Origin: a virus
Lineage: Duplodnaviria > Caudoviricetes
Virus record (IMG/VR): IMGVR_UViG_3300027754_000035
DNA: 64,000 bases
Strand: one strand, 5' to 3'
The position numbers and the translations under genes are program-made. Below the pieces are notes generated by a model. The model was not told where the DNA came from, searched no databases, and worked only from the letters and a program-made list of their open reading frames with translations. Below, piece by piece: positions 38,981 to 48,157 of the stretch (positions within the stretch are counted from its first letter, which is position 1; every line of letters begins with the position of its first letter).

Positions 38981-39008
38981 TTGACATTGTTATAATCTGT
39001 GCTATGAT
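38981..39008 (+). promoter_or_regulatory. Sigma70-like promoter with extended -10
   Basis: TTGACA-16 nt-TATGAT with TGn; ATG 6 nt after the -10. Confidence 0.65.
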
Positions 39009-39014
39009 TGTGAC

Positions 39015-39947
39015 ATGCGAAAAAGTCTGTGTTGTATATCTCTAAAATTGCAAGACCGTGGCATTAAAGCCCAAACAATGACCCGCCAACGGTTTTTGTT
39101 GCTAGAAAACAAAGTAGCACTAGCCACTCTCAGCAAACGTGTACTCAATAATTTAGGAGTAACACACGATACCATTAAATATTGTATCGAAAAAAACTGG
39201 AACTACAGAATCAGCAGTGATTTGTTTCCATTGGCAACTCTACCAGACGCAAACATTTCATTGGATATTCTACCAGATAAACTCATGATTGATGCAATGT
39301 TCGCAAAAATCGCATTGCTCATCAAAAATAGCAATATTCGATGCAGTATGCACCCCGATCAATTTGTGGTTCCAGCCAGCGCAAACCCTGCGGTTGTGGT
39401 CAAATCTTTGGTGGAACTTAAACATCACGCAGACCTGATGGATAGAATGGGTCTTCCCCGTTCCTACGAGGCTCCTATAAACATTCACATGAATAGTTTC
39501 AAAGGAGACCTTGCCGAGACATCAAAACGCTTTATAGAGGCATTTAGAACGCTTCCCGAGGCCGTTACCAGTCGTTTGGTATTGGAGAACGAAGACAAAC
39601 CCAATAGTTGGAATGTGGAACAGTTGTATGAATACATTTATCAAAAAATCAACATACCTATTACGTATGATAATTTGCACTTTGAGTGTAATCCAGGCCG
39701 CACAACTGCGAAACGTGCTGTAGATTTGGCAGTATCAACATGGACTACGTATCGTCCGTTGTTTCATTACAGCGATTCAATTGGCAAAACAGGCGTCAAT
39801 CGTCGTGCTCATGCCGACAAACCCAGTGTGTTTCCTACTGAATACCAGAATTTGGATGTTGATTTGGAATTTGAGTTCAAGGCCAAAGATTACGCTATTG
39901 AACATTTTGAGCAGACCCTACAAAATAAAATAAGTGGTACCTGTTGA
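39015..39947 (+). CDS. uvsE: UV-damage endonuclease
   Basis: LCCISL, YRISSDLFP, SMHPDQF, LVLENEDK, YDNLHFECN, PLFHYS, RAHAD, EFKAKD. Confidence 0.92.
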   Translation: MRKSLCCISLKLQDRGIKAQTMTRQRFLLLENKVALATLSKRVLNNLGVTHDTIKYCIEKNWNYRISSDLFPLATLPDANISLDILPDKLMIDAMFAKIALLIKNSNIRCSMHPDQFVVPASANPAVVVKSLVELKHHADLMDRMGLPRSYEAPINIHMNSFKGDLAETSKRFIEAFRTLPEAVTSRLVLENEDKPNSWNVEQLYEYIYQKINIPITYDNLHFECNPGRTTAKRAVDLAVSTWTTYRPLFHYSDSIGKTGVNRRAHADKPSVFPTEYQNLDVDLEFEFKAKDYAIEHFEQTLQNKISGTC

Positions 39948-39972
39948 CAATGCCGCAGATTGGGTGTATAGT
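39944..39972 (+). promoter_or_regulatory. Sigma70-like promoter
   Basis: TTGACA-17 nt-TATAGT, long A-rich leader. Confidence 0.7.
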
Positions 39973-40028
39973 AATATCAAGTTAGCGAACAACTAACGAA
40001 ACAAACAAAAAAAGAAAAAAACATAAAT

Positions 40029-40232
40029 ATGTATACTCGTAAAAATAGCAAGAACAAGACAAACTTCGTCGGCCACAACAGCACTGGTGTTGAGCTTTAT
40101 CTCTCAACTCCACTCTCTGGTGCCAAGAAGCCCACACGTCTGACCCTCCGTGCCGGTGATACCCGTTTGGATTTGAACGGTCGTCAAATCAAGGCTCTGC
40201 GTGAGGTTCTTGCCGTTGGATTCAAAGCCTAA
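40029..40232 (+). CDS. Small basic hypothetical protein
   Basis: 67 aa behind a near-consensus promoter. Confidence 0.6.
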   Translation: MYTRKNSKNKTNFVGHNSTGVELYLSTPLSGAKKPTRLTLRAGDTRLDLNGRQIKALREVLAVGFKA

Positions 40233-40235
40233 TCA

Positions 40236-40667
40236 ATGAGCATTGGACCAACAATTAGTGTTGGGGTGTGGCTCCTAATTTTGGGAGCCACACTTTTTTT
40301 TGTTTATCGCAAATGGGTATGCCCGTTACGAAAAAAAATTAATGAACTCACCAACACACTAACATCCCTCAATGAGTCATTAAATAAAACGTCACAAGAT
40401 TTAGTTGATATACACCAATCATCAAATCAACAACACGCTATAACTGAGCAAAATCATTTGCGTCTTGCCAAGGAAATTGAAACACAAAAAACTGAGACCA
40501 ACAGAATGTTTGAAACGGTCACAGAAGCGTTTGAGTTTTTAAGTACTGAGCGAAGTCAGATGTTGAAAGATGTTGCGGATTTGAATCGACGTGTTAGAAT
40601 GAATAGTAATGAAACGAAAAGACAAGCCGTCCATAGACGCCGTGGTGAGAACCAGAGGTCTGTTTGA
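40236..40667 (+). CDS. Membrane-anchored coiled-coil protein
   Basis: N-terminal TM segment VGVWLLILGATLFFVY followed by heptads. Confidence 0.55.
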   Translation: MSIGPTISVGVWLLILGATLFFVYRKWVCPLRKKINELTNTLTSLNESLNKTSQDLVDIHQSSNQQHAITEQNHLRLAKEIETQKTETNRMFETVTEAFEFLSTERSQMLKDVADLNRRVRMNSNETKRQAVHRRRGENQRSV

Positions 40668-41088
40668 TCATGTAAAACACATTCGTCAGACTCAAAGCAG
40701 CGATTACTACAATACATTGTCAGAAGCAGAGCGCAAGACATTCAACAAATATATGATTTTGCGAGTGTTGAGTATGGATGTCAATGTTATTGAAGAGATT
40801 TCGTACATCTCAAAATACTTTGAAGTTTTGCCGGATGCTCAGTTTTATCAACTGTTGATCAAGTGTTTGCCCAAGGATTACAAGTTTTATCCTTACATCA
40901 AAAAGAGTGGCAAAGATATCAATTCAACTGTGATGGGTTGCATTTGCAAAAAGTTTGGTGTGGGTAGCAAAGATGCAGCCGATTATTATCGTGTATGGAT
41001 CTCAACGGAGCCGGGTATCAATGAGTTGATTTCATTGGTATCTTCGTATGGACACTCACAATCGGAAATTGAAAAAATGTTTGAATAA
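40609..41088 (+). CDS. Clamp-loader small subunit (T4 gp62-like)
   Basis: LFDHVKHI, LSEAERKTFNKYMILRVLSM, QFYQLLIKCLPK. Confidence 0.65.
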   Translation: MKRKDKPSIDAVVRTRGLFDHVKHIRQTQSSDYYNTLSEAERKTFNKYMILRVLSMDVNVIEEISYISKYFEVLPDAQFYQLLIKCLPKDYKFYPYIKKSGKDINSTVMGCICKKFGVGSKDAADYYRVWISTEPGINELISLVSSYGHSQSEIEKMFE

Positions 41089-41094
41089 TAATAT

Positions 41095-41754
41095 ATGAAT
41101 ATCATTGGTATATCTGGTCTAGCCAGAAGCGGTAAAGATTTGTTTACGAGTGTCGCCATCGACATTCTTAAAACTGAACACAACATCAAGGCTGAACGTC
41201 ACGCCTTGGCGTATGAACTCAAGAATGATTTACACGATCTTGTGAAAAACAAGGTGGGCATCGACACATTTACAGAGGATACAAAGTCCAAGACAGTTAT
41301 TAGACCTTTATTGGTCGCATATGGTGACGTAATGCGCAAAACCAGCGAAGGTAAGTATTGGACGCAAAAGATGGAGCAGCGAATTGCCAAAAGCAAGGCT
41401 GATGTGTTTTTTGTAACAGATATTCGGTACGATTTGTATCCAGAAGATGAATGCAACTGGGTACAACGCAAAATGGCGGGAAAACTCATTCATATTACGA
41501 AGTATCAGGTAACTGCTCCGCCGCCAGGTCGCAGAATTAGTAGCAAGAAGCCAACCAAGATTTATGAGATTGCCCCAAACGAGCATGAATTGTTTAACAA
41601 TCCAAAAGTCAAGAAACGTGCTGACTATGCGTTTGAGTGGGAAGATGTATCCAATAAATGTGCTGCATCAGAAGAACTCATACAAAATGAATACATCCGA
41701 GACATGGTACGGACTGCTTTGGCAAGTATTGGACAGATTTCAGCGCAATTGTAA
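41095..41754 (+). CDS. Deoxynucleoside monophosphate kinase (T4 gp1-like)
   Basis: IIGISGLARSGKD, ALAYELK, RPLLVAYG, FVTDIRY. Confidence 0.8.
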   Translation: MNIIGISGLARSGKDLFTSVAIDILKTEHNIKAERHALAYELKNDLHDLVKNKVGIDTFTEDTKSKTVIRPLLVAYGDVMRKTSEGKYWTQKMEQRIAKSKADVFFVTDIRYDLYPEDECNWVQRKMAGKLIHITKYQVTAPPPGRRISSKKPTKIYEIAPNEHELFNNPKVKKRADYAFEWEDVSNKCAASEELIQNEYIRDMVRTALASIGQISAQL

Positions 41755-42021
41755 TCTTAGTACGTAATGATGAGTGTCATGATTAAACAATAATTCAGCA
41801 TCACTTGTTTTAGTGGCGAAGTACTCTTTGAGTGCCTCGCCATTTTGTTTAATAAAATTGATGTACATGATGTTGCATTCGTTTGACTTCTTTTGCTTTT
41901 GTTCTTTTTTACAATTGCAAATAGATGCTACGTTACGAATACAATCGCCCAACGGGCCAGCAATAACGGGCAAATCGTCTTTGACTAAGTTATAAAATGA
42001 TTGATAGTTTCCAATGTTCAT
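41740..42021 (-). CDS. Hypothetical protein with CxC motif
   Basis: Start moved to 42021, ATGA-coupled to the upstream ORF. Confidence 0.5.
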   Translation of the reverse strand: MNIGNYQSFYNLVKDDLPVIAGPLGDCIRNVASICNCKKEQKQKKSNECNIMYINFIKQNGEALKEYFATKTSDAELLFNHDTHHYVLRLQLR

Positions 42022-42389
42022 AACAGTTTGCGTATCACCAAATAAATAGTCAATGTCAAACAATAGTTGATTGGAAACATAACAATGGCTTGTTGCCAAT
42101 TCCAAAACACAGCTGTGTGTACCAGAGTGGACCAAAACGTCAAACAAATCGGGCAACTCAATAATTTGCTCAAATAACCAGAATATTCAGCATACAAAAA
42201 ATCTGGATACGATGCCATGACATTTACATTATTGATATGATCTTGATATTCGTTGATTTTTAACCAACGCCATACAAAGTCCAATGTCATCAATTTTGAT
42301 AATTTGGCAATTGTGTATATAATATCGCTGTGTAACCAAACGATCATAGCAAATATTACATAAAAATTTGGGTATAGAGTGTATAACAT
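42018..42389 (-). CDS. Small membrane protein with CxxC (DUF1360-like)
   Basis: Hydrophobic segments and LLSCPICLTFW. Confidence 0.55.
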   Translation of the reverse strand: MLYTLYPNFYVIFAMIVWLHSDIIYTIAKLSKLMTLDFVWRWLKINEYQDHINNVNVMASYPDFLYAEYSGYLSKLLSCPICLTFWSTLVHTAVFWNWQQAIVMFPINYCLTLTIYLVIRKLL

Positions 42390-42391
42390 AG

Positions 42392-43567
42392 TTATTTTAT
42401 ATTTATCAACGTTTCCTTGTAATCCACCAATTTGTTGACCTTGATTTTGAAAATGTCATATTCAAGCTCACCCGGTTGACCACTGTCTTCCAACATTTGT
42501 TGCAATATGTTAAAGAACTCAAAACTTTGATTGGTAATTTTGTTACCATCAAAGGTCACTACAACATCATTATTTTTTGGTTCATCATATTGTTTGAGCT
42601 TCTTGTTAAGATCATAGCGAGTGTTTTTTTGCTCTGCTTTGATGTATCTGCTGTATTCAACATCTGTATATAATGTATCGCACCAAGGTTCAAGTAGTGC
42701 CACACGATACTCATCACAATTAATCACAACAAAACCTACGTTATACCTATTGGGTACCACAGGCTTCATCATGTCGTTGTGTTTTACAAAATGTCCCCAT
42801 TTACGAATAAAGTTTCTGGCACTCTTGACGTTTTGTTGTTGCCACTCATCACTGTCCTTACCAATGGCCGTGATGGTTGGATTGAACCTACTACCACGAC
42901 ATGTTAGATGATACACACACGCTTCCCACAATTGTACAAACTTGTAGCCCGACAAAAAGAATCGATTGAAGATATCGCTATCTTCTTTGCTGGTTGGTGC
43001 AAAAAGCAAATCGTGACCACCAATCTTTAGAAAATCTTGTTTGTAAATTGCCCATGGAGCAAACACACCCTCTGTGGTTTTATCTTTTCGGCTTACTTTG
43101 GTGGTCAACAACCATTTGTCAAATTCATCCTTTTTGAAAGTTTCGGGTTCCATACCAAAATCTTGGACAATCTTTTCTGGACCGCCTGGATGCAACGGTG
43201 GTTCTATGCGGGTCAAACAAACAACTGTTTGTGGAACAAGATGCTTTTCAATCAACAGATCAGCATTTTTGCTGATATACATGTCAGCGTGGTAAATCAT
43301 CACCACATCATTGGTGGCAACGGTCTCCACCAAAATATTGTAAAGCTCAGTCATACCTTTGCGAGCAGGACCATCATTGCGTATGGCTTTGAAATTTGGA
43401 TCTTGCTGTTGCATTTCTTGACACCATTCCCAAGTACCATCTGAACTAGCATCATCAGCAACACACACTTCGTGATTTTTATGGCTGAGATTGTTACGAA
43501 TCGCATCATAACACCATTTTAGATATTTGAGATTGTTTCTTGCGGGTATAATAAAACTAATGTTCAT
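42392..43567 (-). CDS. GT2-family glycosyltransferase
   Basis: ISFIIPARN, VADDASSDGT, YHADM, GGHD..FAP..KEDSD, VYHLTCRGSR. Confidence 0.88.
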   Translation of the reverse strand: MNISFIIPARNNLKYLKWCYDAIRNNLSHKNHEVCVADDASSDGTWEWCQEMQQQDPNFKAIRNDGPARKGMTELYNILVETVATNDVVMIYHADMYISKNADLLIEKHLVPQTVVCLTRIEPPLHPGGPEKIVQDFGMEPETFKKDEFDKWLLTTKVSRKDKTTEGVFAPWAIYKQDFLKIGGHDLLFAPTSKEDSDIFNRFFLSGYKFVQLWEACVYHLTCRGSRFNPTITAIGKDSDEWQQQNVKSARNFIRKWGHFVKHNDMMKPVVPNRYNVGFVVINCDEYRVALLEPWCDTLYTDVEYSRYIKAEQKNTRYDLNKKLKQYDEPKNNDVVVTFDGNKITNQSFEFFNILQQMLEDSGQPGELEYDIFKIKVNKLVDYKETLINIK

Positions 43568-43581
43568 AACTATAAATATAA

Positions 43582-44334
43582 CTATATCACAACTCCTAAT
43601 GATTTCAACTGATTTAATAATTCCATTATTTGATTTACTTTTGTGACAAGAAATTTAGCATTCAACCGTTGTTGTACAACATGTGTTGCAAAACAACTAA
43701 CGTCAAGTACCTGAGTTTGATTAAATGTGAAAAAGTTGTATTTTTTAATTTCATTTTTTAACAACAATTCGGTAAATTTCATATCAAATTCGAACGGATT
43801 GTAGTCTTCGGACCACACTGGACAGTTCAAAATAGAATCCACATGCACAGCATTTAATCCTCCTCTGATCCACTCGTTTTCTACACCCACCAACAAATTT
43901 TTGTTTTTGGCAAAAATTTTTCGTATTTGTGATTGAAATTCTTCGGATCGATAATGAACCAAGTCAGTGTCTATTTTACAAAATATAGCATCGATATATT
44001 CGTCTTTATGTTGTTCAAGATACTGCTTCAATAAATTGAATTTGCAAGCCATAGAGTTTTGTTGACTTTCAATGAATATTGTTTTGGGACCAAGAAGCGA
44101 CGACAAATACTGTTTGTAGCTTGTATCACCCTTTTGTCCAGACACCAGAACAAAATATGTGTATTTGTGAGTTAATTCTATAAAATTGGTATTGATGGAT
44201 GTGTAGGCATCCATAGAAACATCCAAGAATGTATAGTAACAAATTTGGTTATTCATAGTATCTTCGATTGGCTGTTGCTGCAATACAATCGACTTATGTA
44301 ATACATTCGGTAAAAAACGTTGTATGTCAATCAT
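43582..44334 (-). CDS. Putative GT-A glycosyltransferase-like protein
   Basis: FCKIDTD DxD-like motif, IRGGLN; AT-rich; inside the island. Confidence 0.45.
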   Translation of the reverse strand: MIDIQRFLPNVLHKSIVLQQQPIEDTMNNQICYYTFLDVSMDAYTSINTNFIELTHKYTYFVLVSGQKGDTSYKQYLSSLLGPKTIFIESQQNSMACKFNLLKQYLEQHKDEYIDAIFCKIDTDLVHYRSEEFQSQIRKIFAKNKNLLVGVENEWIRGGLNAVHVDSILNCPVWSEDYNPFEFDMKFTELLLKNEIKKYNFFTFNQTQVLDVSCFATHVVQQRLNAKFLVTKVNQIMELLNQLKSLGVVI

Positions 44335-45101
44335 AAGTATAGTTTATTATAAGTCTTGGTCATCCAATGGTGTACTTGATTACCATAACTAGTATCTGGT
44401 ATACCGTTGAAATGATATACCCAACCAAACTTGGTGAATGGTAAACCGTCGGTAAGACCCTCCAATAAATTCAGCCCCATCATATTGAATTCATAAGGAA
44501 GTATTTTTGTAGAAACACTGTTTGTCTGCAAAAAGAAATTCATGGGTGTTTGGTCAGTACCCAACTTGATTTGTGTTTCACACTGATAAATCAAGTCTTT
44601 ATTGTCAGAGTAAAACTGTTTGAACTTGTTGAGATGATTTTTATGAGCGGCATTTACAATTTGAAATCCACCATTGATGTAACTCCAAATATCTAGTTCG
44701 TAATCGTTGAACAAAGCTTTGCTGTAACACTCAACACTGCGCATTACCCACTCATACACAACACCGTCATGAACTCCTGTATACAGTCCATTGGTCAATT
44801 CAAAGAAATTTGGACAGTCGGGATGTACAATGGTATCCGCGTCAACAATCAACACTTGATTGTAATCAACACCACTGTTCTCTAATAAATCCAATACGTA
44901 ATAACGCTGCCAAGCCATGCTTGTGATGTTGGTATCCATCAATGGTTGATCCAATACCACAACGTCACAATTATGTTTTTTAGCAAAGTTGCGCCAACTA
45001 CGAATACTCATATCAAATATGCTGCTTATCAATGGTGTATTACGCAGCTTCTTTTCACCGTTATTCGATACAACTGCTGGTATAAAAATAATATTTTTCA
45101 T
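44331..45101 (-). CDS. GT8-like nucleotide-diphospho-sugar transferase
   Basis: VLIVDADTIV, YINGG, DQTPMN, LPYEFN, VYHFNG; start moved to 45101. Confidence 0.75.
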   Translation of the reverse strand: MKNIIFIPAVVSNNGEKKLRNTPLISSIFDMSIRSWRNFAKKHNCDVVVLDQPLMDTNITSMAWQRYYVLDLLENSGVDYNQVLIVDADTIVHPDCPNFFELTNGLYTGVHDGVVYEWVMRSVECYSKALFNDYELDIWSYINGGFQIVNAAHKNHLNKFKQFYSDNKDLIYQCETQIKLGTDQTPMNFFLQTNSVSTKILPYEFNMMGLNLLEGLTDGLPFTKFGWVYHFNGIPDTSYGNQVHHWMTKTYNKLYL

Positions 45102-45859
45102 TGATATTTTATTTTGATATCTGCCCAAATTTGGTTAATTAAATGATTGCGTTGTTCAATCGGAAATCCAGTAAAGTGCCAAAGATATGTGTATTTGAAA
45201 AAGAAAGGAACTGTGTCGTTGAGTTTGTCATTGTACCACAACAATCCTTTTTTGACCATACCAACTGTGTTCCATGAATATGGAAGATATTTGCACTTTA
45301 TACCCTCTTGCTTCAGATGAAAATTAAGCAAAGTTTGTTCTTTACCTGTGTTTGGTACGTTCCAATTATCTAGCACGGATTTGTTGTCGAGGTAAAACTT
45401 TTTGAGCTTTTCAAAGAATGGTTTGTGGTCTTTTGTGAAAAATAGCACACCACCATTGATATGCTCGCTTAATCCAACATGCATGTCTTTGAATTGTGGA
45501 AATGCTTTGCGATATGCGGTTTGACTGTTGTCCATCCAACTGATGCTGGTTTGGTCCAATACACCAACAAATTCATCGGTGTATAGATCAAAAATATTTG
45601 GAGCATCCCATTTGATCATGGTATCAAAATCGACAATACCAATTTTTTCATAGCTATCACCAACATAGTCAAACACAAACTCTTTGTGCCAGACACTGTA
45701 TTTGACATTGGGCATTTTATTTCGCACAACAAAAAAGTCGATATTGTTTTTGTTGCAGTAATATTGCCATGCGTCAATTGTATGTTCAAAATAGGTTTTG
45801 TGAGAATGTTTTGATAACTCATCCTCAATCGCAACCATCATAATGCAATTTTTATTCAT
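45098..45859 (-). CDS. GT8-like nucleotide-diphospho-sugar transferase (tandem paralog)
   Basis: IVDFDTMI, HINGGV, EQTLLN, LPYSWN, LWHFTG. Confidence 0.75.
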   Translation of the reverse strand: MNKNCIMMVAIEDELSKHSHKTYFEHTIDAWQYYCNKNNIDFFVVRNKMPNVKYSVWHKEFVFDYVGDSYEKIGIVDFDTMIKWDAPNIFDLYTDEFVGVLDQTSISWMDNSQTAYRKAFPQFKDMHVGLSEHINGGVLFFTKDHKPFFEKLKKFYLDNKSVLDNWNVPNTGKEQTLLNFHLKQEGIKCKYLPYSWNTVGMVKKGLLWYNDKLNDTVPFFFKYTYLWHFTGFPIEQRNHLINQIWADIKIKYQ

Positions 45860-46422
45860 GAAATCTCTTTGCAGATTAGTCCCTCATAATCATGCAACTT
45901 GCGAGTAAACACTTCACCTGTAGCATGTCCGATTTTTTTAATAATCTCAATTTTGTTGGACAAAATCAACGCATCAACTGCATCTTTAACATCTGGTATG
46001 CTGCCGTAATCGTCGTAGATAAAGTACTTCTTACCAGACGAATTGAAGTTCAATGATCGCAGAGTATCATTGATTACAGCGTCATAGCTATGATTGGCAT
46101 CAACCAAGAATACATCACCCGTATCAATTGGAATTTTTGTGGTATAAATATCTTGGGTATAAAATTTCACATTGGGTCTGTTGGCGTTAAATTCCACGGC
46201 TTGATCAGCACAACTAAGGTTGAAACCAGATACATCTTTGAATAGATAGCTCAATATCTTGGTGGTGTAGCCCAAATTACTACCCCACTCTACACAAATC
46301 TTATCTTTGAATTCCGGCTTGTCAAAAAATTCAAACACATCACGTTTGAACCTATGGCTGGTTGTATCTTTGTGTTGAAACTTATCGGGAATAGTTAACA
46401 ATAGTTCATCAATGATAGCCAT
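45856..46422 (-). CDS. Class I SAM-dependent methyltransferase
   Basis: CVEWGSNLGYTT, FLVDANHSY, FIYDDYG. Confidence 0.75.
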   Translation of the reverse strand: MAIIDELLLTIPDKFQHKDTTSHRFKRDVFEFFDKPEFKDKICVEWGSNLGYTTKILSYLFKDVSGFNLSCADQAVEFNANRPNVKFYTQDIYTTKIPIDTGDVFLVDANHSYDAVINDTLRSLNFNSSGKKYFIYDDYGSIPDVKDAVDALILSNKIEIIKKIGHATGEVFTRKLHDYEGLICKEIS

Positions 46423-46425
46423 ATA

Positions 46426-47232
46426 TTAGTTGTTTCTTTTGTTCATATGTTCGTTGCTCTCCAACACTGTTTTGAGAATGCTCAGATCCACACCAACTTT
46501 GTCGCCATACGCAACCATAGCTTTTGTATCTTTTGGCAAACACTTGCCACCAAATCCACGTTCATCGGCAAACACAGCGGTATGACTACGGTTTGTGCGC
46601 GGGTCCAACAACCACAGATCACGGACTTCGGACCAATGCGTTCCACTCTTTTCACACAAATCGTACAATTCATTAACAAATGCGACTTTCATTGCAAAAT
46701 ATGTGTTTTCAACATACTTGGTAATTTCCGCACTGATACTGTCTGTGACACGATAAGTTTTGCTTGGCCCAGTAATGGGCATATACAAATCAACTAGCTT
46801 ATGACCAACTTCTTTATCATCAGTACCAAAAATAAAGAATGGAGTTTGCTTTACATCTGTAGTAAATCCTTGTGGTGTCCAATATTTACTCTCACCCGCA
46901 AATTCAGGACTAAATACAATCTTCTTGTTGTATTTTTCAGCGAGTCGTTTGGTGGTACCAATTTCGATTGTGGATTTGATCAAAATGATTGGGGTCTGCA
47001 ACCACGCAACACTATCTTCAACAAAGTCTGTGTTGCAGCTATTGTCATCATTTGACGGCGTAGGCACACACACAACACCCACATCGCATTCATTAATGAT
47101 GTCTTTATCGTTGAATCCGGCAATGGCTGGGTCATAGATCCGCACTTCATAATGATCCTTAAAAAAGGCGTGAAATGCCTTGCCCACATAACCAAATCCC
47201 ACGATACCAATTTTAATTTTTGATTTGCTCAT
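46426..47232 (-). CDS. UDP-glucose/GDP-mannose dehydrogenase family protein, lacking C-terminal domain
   Basis: GIVGFGYVG, VCVPTP, IKSTIEIG, FSPEF, AEITKYVENTYFAMKVAFVNE, GFGGKCLPKD. Confidence 0.88.
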   Translation of the reverse strand: MSKSKIKIGIVGFGYVGKAFHAFFKDHYEVRIYDPAIAGFNDKDIINECDVGVVCVPTPSNDDNSCNTDFVEDSVAWLQTPIILIKSTIEIGTTKRLAEKYNKKIVFSPEFAGESKYWTPQGFTTDVKQTPFFIFGTDDKEVGHKLVDLYMPITGPSKTYRVTDSISAEITKYVENTYFAMKVAFVNELYDLCEKSGTHWSEVRDLWLLDPRTNRSHTAVFADERGFGGKCLPKDTKAMVAYGDKVGVDLSILKTVLESNEHMNKRNN

Positions 47233-48157
47233 AAATTGTATTCCAACGTACTTTCCAAATTGTCTCTGAATAATATAGTTGATATAAATCTTTAGATTTC
47301 AAAGAAACGTAATTATAAAATTCAACATCATTCTTTAGTTTGATCGCCAATGCATTTGCACCAACAATGTCACCAACGCCCACCGATAGATCTGGAAACA
47401 AAGTTTGCTGTGTATCCAATCCTTTGTAACCGATGCATGGTATGCCCCAATAAGCACAATTGAGTGCAAATGTGCCGGCAGCGTGTGTACGCATCAAATG
47501 TACTCCTACGTTGAAATTGGCTAGTGTTCGCATCCAATTAGTCCACGTCATATATGGCAGATGCAGAAGATTTGGAAATTGTTCTTCGTTGTTTATTTTG
47601 CGTCCCATACTTGGAACGTAAATTGGCTTACCGAAATTTTGTGCCACAAAATAGCTATCCACGCCACCATACCAACTACAGAAATTGCCGCCAATTATTG
47701 GCATACCATTATTTTCTCTAATAACTCCAGCTAGAGTATCTGTAATCATTAGTGATTGTAGATTGAATGTGGGTTTTTTGAATATACCTTTGAAGTACGC
47801 AATATCACTAATATTATGAACCAGCAGAAAATCCATCTCACTTAGAAAATTGATATAATTGACTTGTTGAGCATAATCGTAGTCTTGATAATACCAAGCT
47901 GGTCCTTCTTGCATCACCGCCACTTTTTTGCTGCGACGTTTTACACTATCCAACAATGCGCCTGTATCAATCAATTCTAATTTCTTTGGTAGAATTACAA
48001 CGACGAGATCGTATGTTGTATTTGAAAAAAACCAGTCTTTGTAATTTTCATGGTGTGCGTTCAATGCAATTTGCCAAGCAAACTCAGTTCTACAGTTATC
48101 AAAGGTTCTGGAGGTCTTGCCTGTAAATCCATTTTGGCTAATAAAACAAATGTTCAT
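47213..48157 (-). CDS. Putative GT-B glycosyltransferase
   Basis: AAGTFALNCAYWGIPCIG resembles a GT-B donor-binding motif; island context. Confidence 0.55.
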   Translation of the reverse strand: MNICFISQNGFTGKTSRTFDNCRTEFAWQIALNAHHENYKDWFFSNTTYDLVVVILPKKLELIDTGALLDSVKRRSKKVAVMQEGPAWYYQDYDYAQQVNYINFLSEMDFLLVHNISDIAYFKGIFKKPTFNLQSLMITDTLAGVIRENNGMPIIGGNFCSWYGGVDSYFVAQNFGKPIYVPSMGRKINNEEQFPNLLHLPYMTWTNWMRTLANFNVGVHLMRTHAAGTFALNCAYWGIPCIGYKGLDTQQTLFPDLSVGVGDIVGANALAIKLKNDVEFYNYVSLKSKDLYQLYYSETIWKVRWNTIYEQIKN

